Assembly (NCBI GenBank): GCA_965655625.1
Contig: CBFHHA010000008.1
Coordinates: forward strand, 3,742-67,741
DNA from: Flavobacteriales bacterium
GTDB lineage: Bacteria; Bacteroidota; Bacteroidia; Flavobacteriales_D; CAJJDF01
Direction of reading: 5' to 3'
DNA length: 64,000 nucleotides
Below are positions 57,325 to 64,000 of the stretch, one piece after another; position 1 is the first letter of the stretch, and each line of letters begins with the position of its first letter. Made by a program: the position numbers and the translations under genes. A model generated the notes under the pieces. The model was given only the letters and a program-made list of their open reading frames with translations. It was not told where the DNA came from and searched no databases.

Positions 57325-58629
57325 ATGAACATTTTTGAAATAAACGGAGGTAAAAAATTAAGTGGAGAGTTAGTTCCACAAGGAGCAAAAAACGAAGCAT
57401 TACAAGTATTGTGCGCTGTACTTCTTACGCCAGAGAAAGTAATCATAGACAACGTACCAAATATTATTGATGTAAATAAATTGATCGATTTACTTTCCTC
57501 AATGGGAGTGAAAGTAGAAAAACTAGGTAACGAAAAATACTCTTTTCAGGCGAACGAAGTTGACGTAGATTACCTTATTTCCGAGGAATTTAAAGAAAAA
57601 GGATCCAGTTTGAGAGGATCTATCATGATATTAGGACCACTTTTGGCAAGATTTGGAAAAGGCTACATGCCAAAACCAGGCGGAGACAAAATTGGAAGAA
57701 GAAGACTAGACACTCATTTTATTGGTTTCGAAAAATTGGGTGCAAATTTTCATTATGACAGCAAAAAATTCTTCTATGAAGTAAAAGCTGACAGACTGAA
57801 AGGAACTTACATGCACTTGGATGAAGCCTCGGTAACAGGAACGGCAAACATTGTAATGGCCGCAGCCTTGGCAGAGGGCACAACCACTATTTACAATGCG
57901 GCTTGCGAACCATACTTACAACAGTTGTGTAAAATGATCAATGCGATGGGAGGAAAAATCTCAGGTATAGGATCCAACATGATTGTGATAGAAGGAGTTG
58001 ACGAACTAAGTGGATGCGAACATAGAATCCTACCTGACATGATTGAGATAGGAAGTTTTATTGGGCTTGCAGCTATGACTGGATCTGAAATTACGATAAA
58101 AAACGTGTCGTATCCAGATTTGGGAATAATTCCAGATACTTTCAGAAAATTAGGAATTAAGATTGAACTCAAGGGTGATGATTTGTTTATTCCATCTCAA
58201 GATCACTACGAAATTGAGTCCTACATTGACGGAAGCATCATGACAATTTCTGATGCACCTTGGCCAGGTTTCACTCCAGATTTATTGAGCATTATTTTAG
58301 TTGTCGCGACACAGGCGAGAGGAAGCGTGTTGATTCACCAAAAAATGTTTGAAAGCAGATTATTCTTTGTAGATAAATTGATAGACATGGGTGCGAAAAT
58401 TATATTGTGCGACCCGCACAGAGCCACAGTAATTGGCATTGACAAAGAATACCCATTAAGAGGAATTAGTATGAGCTCGCCAGATATTAGAGCAGGTGTC
58501 TCTTTGCTAATCGCAGCACTCTCGGCCGAAGGAAAAAGTCAAATCAGCAATATCTCACAAATAGATAGAGGATACCAAAACATAGACACACGACTCAAAA
58601 ATATTGGAGCTGATATAACTAGGCTATAA
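57325..58629 (+). CDS. murA: UDP-N-acetylglucosamine 1-carboxyvinyltransferase
   Basis: GGKKLSGEL.PQGAKNEALQVLCA and PGGDKIGRRRLDTH (active-site loop with Asp at the Cys115 position); 434 aa. Confidence 0.95.
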   Translation: MNIFEINGGKKLSGELVPQGAKNEALQVLCAVLLTPEKVIIDNVPNIIDVNKLIDLLSSMGVKVEKLGNEKYSFQANEVDVDYLISEEFKEKGSSLRGSIMILGPLLARFGKGYMPKPGGDKIGRRRLDTHFIGFEKLGANFHYDSKKFFYEVKADRLKGTYMHLDEASVTGTANIVMAAALAEGTTTIYNAACEPYLQQLCKMINAMGGKISGIGSNMIVIEGVDELSGCEHRILPDMIEIGSFIGLAAMTGSEITIKNVSYPDLGIIPDTFRKLGIKIELKGDDLFIPSQDHYEIESYIDGSIMTISDAPWPGFTPDLLSIILVVATQARGSVLIHQKMFESRLFFVDKLIDMGAKIILCDPHRATVIGIDKEYPLRGISMSSPDIRAGVSLLIAALSAEGKSQISNISQIDRGYQNIDTRLKNIGADITRL

Positions 58630-58685
58630 ACTGGCACTATTGTTGCTTCTTGAGGAAGCATAAACACTATGATTTAACACACATT

Positions 58686-59243
58686 ATGAAAAAAATATTA
58701 TTTACACTAGCTCTTGTTGGCGCAGGATTCGTTCTCTCTAGCTTTACCGAACACAAAGTTGCACGGAAAAGTAGTGTATTTGTAACAGATACCGGAATAG
58801 AAATTGGCGACTTAGCTCCAGAATTAGAGTTTAATAATCCAGATGGAAAATCAATTAAACTCTCCTCATTGAGAGGCAAGTATGTTTTGATTGATTTTTG
58901 GGCAAGCTGGTGCGGACCGTGTCGAAAAGAGAATCCCAATTTAGTAAATGCCTACGAAAAATATAAAAAGGCCACTTTTCACAAAGGGAAAGGCTTTGAA
59001 ATTTACAGTGTGTCGTTAGATACAGACAAGGCTAAATGGAATACTGCCATAGACAAGGACAACCTTTCGTGGAAGTTTCATGTAAGTGACTTGAAAGGAT
59101 GGAACTCTGCGGCAGCAAGATTATACAAAATCAACTCTATTCCGCAAAGTTTCTTGCTAGACCCGAATGGAAAAATCATAGCTAAAAACTTACGAGGCAT
59201 AAAACTACATACAACTTTAGATAAGTATGTGAAGAAGTTTTAG
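58686..59243 (+). CDS. TlpA/ResA-like thiol-disulfide oxidoreductase
   Basis: Signal peptide from MKKILFTLALVG (ATG 58686 preferred over 58650), WASWCGPC active site and the AhpC/TSA-thioredoxin fold pattern. Confidence 0.85.
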   Translation: MKKILFTLALVGAGFVLSSFTEHKVARKSSVFVTDTGIEIGDLAPELEFNNPDGKSIKLSSLRGKYVLIDFWASWCGPCRKENPNLVNAYEKYKKATFHKGKGFEIYSVSLDTDKAKWNTAIDKDNLSWKFHVSDLKGWNSAAARLYKINSIPQSFLLDPNGKIIAKNLRGIKLHTTLDKYVKKF

Positions 59244-59342
59244 GAATTAAATCGAACTACAAAAGCCTATTAATCTGTCAGGAAACTGCCAAATTAATAG
59301 GCATTTTTAATTATTCTATGTCAGTTTGACTTAGATTTGTAA

Positions 59343-59951
59343 ATGGCAAAAAAATTGAATGTGTTCAAACGAAAAAATAAAAGAGGAAACATGAATAGTG
59401 AAAACGAATCAAGAGAAGAATTGAACGAAGAGAATATTGCGGAAGAGACCGTTCAAAACGAAGAAGGGACGACTGAGGAAACAACTCAAGAGTCCGAAAA
59501 AAGCGAATTGGAACTAGCCCAAGAAGCGGCAGCGGCAGCAAATGACAAATACTTAAGACTCTATTCGGAGTTTGACAATTTTAGAAGAAGAACTGCAAAA
59601 GAAAAGTTGGACATTATTAAGTCTGCCAGCGAAGACGTTATTAAGAATATGCTACCTATCGTAGACGATTTTCAGCGAGCGATGACGCACAACACCGAAG
59701 TGCAAGACCCAGAAAGTCTTAAACAGGGCTTTGAATTGATTTACAACAAATTACTAAAGTCTCTTGAAGCCAAAGGTCTTAAACCAATCGAAGCGGCAGG
59801 AGAAGTATTTAACGCAGACATACATGAAGCTATCACCAATATTCCTGCACCAAGTGAGGATATGAAAGGAAAAATAGTAGATGTGGTGGAACAAGGGTAC
59901 TATTTGGGTGAAAAAATTATACGATTTCCCAAAGTAGTCGTGGGGCAGTAA
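59343..59951 (+). CDS. grpE: Nucleotide exchange factor GrpE
   Basis: Acidic N-terminus; DKYLRLYSEFDNFRRRTAKE and the C-terminal ...G(Y)..GEKIIRFPKVVV. The start may instead be the internal Met at 59391. Confidence 0.9.
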   Translation: MAKKLNVFKRKNKRGNMNSENESREELNEENIAEETVQNEEGTTEETTQESEKSELELAQEAAAAANDKYLRLYSEFDNFRRRTAKEKLDIIKSASEDVIKNMLPIVDDFQRAMTHNTEVQDPESLKQGFELIYNKLLKSLEAKGLKPIEAAGEVFNADIHEAITNIPAPSEDMKGKIVDVVEQGYYLGEKIIRFPKVVVGQ

Positions 59952-59978
59952 GTCTCGAACAAAACAAAACAACAAAAC

Positions 59979-61103
59979 ATGTCGAAAAGAGATTATTACG
60001 AAGTATTAGGAGTAAGTAAAAATGCGGATGCTAGCGAGATAAAGAAAGCCTACCGAAAACTTGCAATTAAATTTCATCCAGATAAGAACCCAGACAATCC
60101 AGATGCCGAAGTAAAATTTAAAGAAGCTGCAGAAGCCTACGAAATACTGAGCAATCCAGAAAAAAAACAACGTTATGATCAATTTGGACATGCCGGTGTT
60201 GATGGAAGCGCTGGTGGTGGTGGATTTGGCGGTGGCGGCATGAATATGGATGACATATTTAGTCAATTTGGAGATATTTTTGGGGGCGGAGGCGGAGGCT
60301 TCGGTGGTGGTTTTGGAAGAAGCCAAGGAAGAAGAACTGTTAAAGGAACCAATTTGAGAGTAAGGCTTAACCTTACGCTAGAAGAAATAGCCAACGGAGT
60401 AGAAAAAAAGATTAAAGTAAACAAACTAGTTCAAGCTGAAGGGGTAGAATACAAAACATGCTCTACTTGCAAAGGTCAAGGTCAAGTAACGCGTGTTGTA
60501 AATAGCTTCCTTGGGCAGATGCAAACAGCTAGTACTTGCCCTACTTGTAATGGTTCTGGGCAATCTATTGGTAAGAAACCAGCAGGAAGTGACCAAAACG
60601 GAATGGTGAGAAAAGAGGTGGTAATTCCAATAGAAATTCCTGCAGGAGTAGAAGACGGAATGCAACTGAACGTGAGAGGCAAAGGAAATGATGCGCCAGG
60701 AAATGGCGTAGCCGGTGATCTTCTTGTGGTAATATCAGAAGTAGAACACGAAACATTAAAAAGAGAAGGCCAAAACTTACACTACGACTTGTACTTGAAT
60801 TTTGCTGATGTAGCGATGGGAACTTCAGTAGAAATCCCAGCAGTTGGTGGGTCGGTTAAATTTAAAATTACCCCGGGGACTCAAAGTGGTAAAACATTGA
60901 GATTAAAAGGAAAAGGACTTCCTTCGGTAAACTCATACGGAAAAGGAGATATATTGGTGCACGTGAATGTATGGACGCCTCAAACTCTCACTAAAGAGGA
61001 AAAGAAAGCATTGGAAGTTCTGCAAAAATCTGAAAACTTTGCCCCTAACCCAACCAGTAAGGACAAAGGTTTTTTTGACAGAGTGAAAGATGTATTTAGT
61101 TAA
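59979..61103 (+). CDS. dnaJ: Molecular chaperone DnaJ
   Basis: J-domain with HPDKN, a G/F-rich region, CxxCxGxG motifs and the C-terminal substrate-binding domains. Confidence 0.95.
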   Translation: MSKRDYYEVLGVSKNADASEIKKAYRKLAIKFHPDKNPDNPDAEVKFKEAAEAYEILSNPEKKQRYDQFGHAGVDGSAGGGGFGGGGMNMDDIFSQFGDIFGGGGGGFGGGFGRSQGRRTVKGTNLRVRLNLTLEEIANGVEKKIKVNKLVQAEGVEYKTCSTCKGQGQVTRVVNSFLGQMQTASTCPTCNGSGQSIGKKPAGSDQNGMVRKEVVIPIEIPAGVEDGMQLNVRGKGNDAPGNGVAGDLLVVISEVEHETLKREGQNLHYDLYLNFADVAMGTSVEIPAVGGSVKFKITPGTQSGKTLRLKGKGLPSVNSYGKGDILVHVNVWTPQTLTKEEKKALEVLQKSENFAPNPTSKDKGFFDRVKDVFS

Positions 61104-61167
61104 ACTAAAAAGAACTATCGCCTAATTATTTTGGCCGGATTTACACAAGTAGATTCGGCTATTTTTT

Positions 61168-62196
61168 TTATATTTTCATCCTTGGATTAGCGGTTACCTC
61201 CTGCCCTACAAACTCTTTATTCAAAAAATGATAATACCCCGCAATGGCAATCATTCCGGCATTATCTGTACAGTATTGAAATTCGGGAATAAATACATCC
61301 CACCTCTTTTTCTCTCCTAATTTTTTCAATTCAGTTCGCAAATGACTGTTGGCCGATACACCTCCAGCTATCGCTACTTGATTTATATTCATGTCATCAG
61401 CCACTTTTTTTAGCTTCGAAAAAAGTGTTTTTACTATTGTATCCTGTATGGAAGCGCAAATATCTGCTTTGTTTTTCTCCACAAAATTAGGGTCATCTCT
61501 TTCACAGTTTCTAATAAAGTTCAAAAACTGAGTTTTCAGTCCGCTAAAACTGTAATTGTACTGGGTAGTTCGAGGATGGGTAAAGTGAAATCGAGTGGAA
61601 TCACCTTCTTTGGCATACTTATCAATTAAAGGGCCTCCCGGGTAAGGAAAGTGGAGAACTTTTGCCATTTTATCAAAGGCTTCGCCCGCTGCATCATCTA
61701 GGGTTTCTCCGAGCACTTCCATCTTAAAATAATCTGTTACCTTAACTAGCTGAGTGTGGCCACCACTAACTGTTAGACAAATAAAAGGAAACTTCGGCAA
61801 TTTCCTTTTTTCTTTTGGTTTCTGAATAAAGTGAGCCAACACGTGACCTTGCATATGATTTACCTGAATAAGCGGAATATCTAGGCTCAATGCCAATGAC
61901 TTGGCGAAAGAAACGCCAACAAGCAAAGCTCCCATGAGACCTGGACCAGCAGTAAACGAAATTCCTGTCAATTCCTCTTTTGTAACTCCTGCCTCTTTGA
62001 GCGCGGCTTCCACAACCGGAATAATATTTTGCTGATGAGCGCGAGAAGCCAATTCGGGAACAACTCCTCCATACTGCTCATGTATTGATTGACGCGCAAT
62101 AAGATTGGACAAAATTCGCCCGTCCTTAATTACCGCTGCAGAAGTATCATCGCATGAAGATTCTATGCCCAGTATTATTCCTTTTTTATCACTCAT
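61168..62196 (-). CDS. tsaD: tRNA N6-adenosine threonylcarbamoyltransferase
   Basis: ILGIESSCDDTSAAV, NHMQGHV and the C-terminal ...CTDNAGMIA. ATG 62196 (MSDKKGIILGIESSCDD) is preferred over the track start at 62259. Confidence 0.9.
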   Translation of the reverse strand: MSDKKGIILGIESSCDDTSAAVIKDGRILSNLIARQSIHEQYGGVVPELASRAHQQNIIPVVEAALKEAGVTKEELTGISFTAGPGLMGALLVGVSFAKSLALSLDIPLIQVNHMQGHVLAHFIQKPKEKRKLPKFPFICLTVSGGHTQLVKVTDYFKMEVLGETLDDAAGEAFDKMAKVLHFPYPGGPLIDKYAKEGDSTRFHFTHPRTTQYNYSFSGLKTQFLNFIRNCERDDPNFVEKNKADICASIQDTIVKTLFSKLKKVADDMNINQVAIAGGVSANSHLRTELKKLGEKKRWDVFIPEFQYCTDNAGMIAIAGYYHFLNKEFVGQEVTANPRMKI

Positions 62197-62349
62197 TCTA
62201 TTCGGTATTAACTTTCCTCTATCAGTAAGTATCGTACAATCCTTCCCGGAAACGATCAAAATTAATTAATTTAGCTAACTTATACCTTGAAAGGCTTAAT
62301 TTTTGTAGAAACCTAGTAAACTCGCTTCATCAATAACAAACTAAAAATA

Positions 62350-64000
62350 TTGGGTCATCTGTGTCTATTTCTTCTCGAAATTGCATTGATTTTGACGTTG
62401 CTTTGTTTTATGGCCGTTCGATTTAATACTGTGCAAACAAGTTTAGCGAAATATGCCACTGAAAGACTTTCTAAAGACCTAAAAACCAAAATACACATTG
62501 GCAAAGTATCCATAACTCCCATCAAATCGATTGAATTGTTGGATTTCTATGTGCTCGATGAAGAAAATGACACAGTGATAAAAACACAGAGCATATCAAT
62601 TCAAGCCAAAAACATTAACCTTAAGAAAAACAAAATTGATATTACTTCCTTAAAATTAAACGAAGCGGATATTCAATTAATAAAAAGAAAGGGCAAAAAT
62701 GGGTTTAGTTTTCAATTCATTTTGGATTATTTTGATTCAGACAAAGAAACTAATTCCAGTTCCAATAATTTACTTATTGGAGTGCAATCAATTGAGCTAA
62801 CCAATAGCCGTTTTCGTTTCATAGATTATAGAACCTCAGCCTCTTATTATGGGATGGATTTTGCCGATTTAGACGCAAAACCTATCAACTTCACCTTTTC
62901 GGGCTTCCGAAACGAGGGTAGCAACATCAAAGTAACAATTGAACATCTATCTACCGTTGAAAAAAGCAACTTTGATTTAAGAAATTTAACTGGAGAAGTA
63001 GAAATTGACTCAAACTTTGTGCACATAAATAATCTAGAGATTACAACACCCAACTCACACGTATCCACAGAGTTTTTTAGATTTGAATTTGATAAACCCT
63101 CCTACTTCGAGGACGACTTTGAAAACAAAGTCACGATGAAAACGAATTTTACAAAAACCAGCTTGAACTTATCTGACTTGGCTTATTTCACTTCTTTTTT
63201 TGAGGGAATTGACCGAGTGGTAGACTTATCTGGCGAGTTTGATGGAACGGTGGCAGATTTTAAAACCAGAAATCTGGAATTGCAACTGGACAAGCATACA
63301 AAATTCAGAGGAAACCTGGCAATGAAAGGATTACCCGATACCGAAAACACCACCTTCAGCGTACTTATTAGGGAATTAAAATCAACCGAACAAGAGCTAA
63401 ACAAGATAGACATCCCTCCTTTTGACAAAAAACAAAAATTACAATTGCCCACCGAAATACAAGGGATTGGTAGCGTAAGTCTTTCAGGAACTATGTCCGG
63501 AAAATTTGATGACTTTGTAAGTGACCTGGCTGTCTCTACGTCTCAAGGTAAAATAATGGTGGATGCGCGCTATTGGAACAAAAACCAAACAGATTACCTG
63601 AAAGGAAGCATACTTGCCGACAGGTTGAATTTAGGCGTATTTGCCAACAATCCAGATCTTGCCGAAGTGGATGCAAATTTTGAGACAGAACTAGCTTGGA
63701 ATGCTAAAACGGGTATCAACCTTCTGGCAAAAGGAGAACTCCCTCAGTTTACCTACAAGGGTCATTCATACAAAAACATCAAAGTGGACGGGGCCTTCAC
63801 CGAGAAATCTTTTGATGGAAAAGCGTCAATCAAAGATGCATATGGAGAAGTCCTCTTTTTGGGATTCATAGACTTTGAATCACAAACTCCAGCATTTGAT
63901 TTTCAATCGAAAGTGGTAAAAATGAATTTGAGTAAACTCAATATTTTGAATGACTCGAATCAACACATCGTGTCAGGAGAAATTAGTTTAAAAGGGAATG
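62350..64000 (+). CDS. TamB/AsmA-like translocation and assembly module protein; 5' part only, continues past the window
   Basis: The frame is open from 62320 to the window end and is absent from the ORF track. It has an N-terminal TM anchor (LCLFLLEIALILTLLCFMAV) followed by ...TSLAKYATERLSKDLKTKIHIGKVSITPIKSIEL.. and repetitive beta-rich sequence. Candidate starts are TTG 62350 and ATG 62410. It is divergent from tsaD, as is common in Flavobacteriia. Confidence 0.65.
   Translation, partial: MGHLCLFLLEIALILTLLCFMAVRFNTVQTSLAKYATERLSKDLKTKIHIGKVSITPIKSIELLDFYVLDEENDTVIKTQSISIQAKNINLKKNKIDITSLKLNEADIQLIKRKGKNGFSFQFILDYFDSDKETNSSSNNLLIGVQSIELTNSRFRFIDYRTSASYYGMDFADLDAKPINFTFSGFRNEGSNIKVTIEHLSTVEKSNFDLRNLTGEVEIDSNFVHINNLEITTPNSHVSTEFFRFEFDKPSYFEDDFENKVTMKTNFTKTSLNLSDLAYFTSFFEGIDRVVDLSGEFDGTVADFKTRNLELQLDKHTKFRGNLAMKGLPDTENTTFSVLIRELKSTEQELNKIDIPPFDKKQKLQLPTEIQGIGSVSLSGTMSGKFDDFVSDLAVSTSQGKIMVDARYWNKNQTDYLKGSILADRLNLGVFANNPDLAEVDANFETELAWNAKTGINLLAKGELPQFTYKGHSYKNIKVDGAFTEKSFDGKASIKDAYGEVLFLGFIDFESQTPAFDFQSKVVKMNLSKLNILNDSNQHIVSGEISLKGN

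Noticed and set aside
60006-60756. Four minus-strand ORFs (63-106 aa) inside dnaJ, and similar small antisense ORFs inside uvrD, murA, sspC and the helicase gene
   Set aside because: All are fully contained antisense to genes with unambiguous conserved motifs, so they are typical chance ORFs.

Overview
AT-rich chromosomal window that looks like Bacteroidota, probably Flavobacteriia. Five proteins end in a T9SS C-terminal sorting domain, Shine-Dalgarno sites are absent, and tsaD sits divergent from a tamB-like gene. Positions 1-30 kb hold secreted and surface genes: a PorP/SprF-like barrel plus lipoprotein, a GH16 laminarinase locus with CBM-like T9SS proteins, gap, a glycine-rich protein, a six-gene SPFH(YdjI-like)/GYF/zinc-ribbon/YidD-like operon, a four-gene operon of unassignable exported proteins, a PKD protein, and an operon ending in a 425-residue collagen-like (GXY) protein. 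Two paralogous putative regulators each sit divergent from one of the surface operons. A roughly 80-bp intergenic repeat family occurs six times in this half. Positions 30.1-51.4 kb are a composite mobile and defence region attached to the 3' end of tRNA-Leu(UAA). It holds an Ssp-type DNA phosphorothioation module (DUF4007-like, large ATPase, PAPS-reductase-like, cysteine desulfurase). That desulfurase is translationally coupled to a four-gene candidate restriction module: an HKD-nuclease/SF2 helicase, a 77-aa ORF, a Rad50-like ATPase with a CxxC hook, and a small Dnd-associated-like protein. The region also has a frameshifted pseudo-ATPase and a truncated serine recombinase. A 7.1-kb tyrosine-integrase element is bounded by a perfect 24-bp repeat of the tRNA-Leu 3' end. 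Nine copies of a 13-nt IS6/IS26-like terminus (GGTTCTGTCGCAT) are organised as three 151-bp MITE-like units, one solo end and a 61-bp inverted pair. Positions 51.4-64 kb are housekeeping: tRNA-Leu, tRNA-Gly, rocD, patatin, uvrD/pcrA, DUF4290, murA, a TlpA-like thioredoxin, grpE, dnaJ, tsaD and a tamB-like gene. No rRNA gene or CRISPR array was seen. All family assignments rest on motifs read by eye and need HMM or BLAST confirmation.
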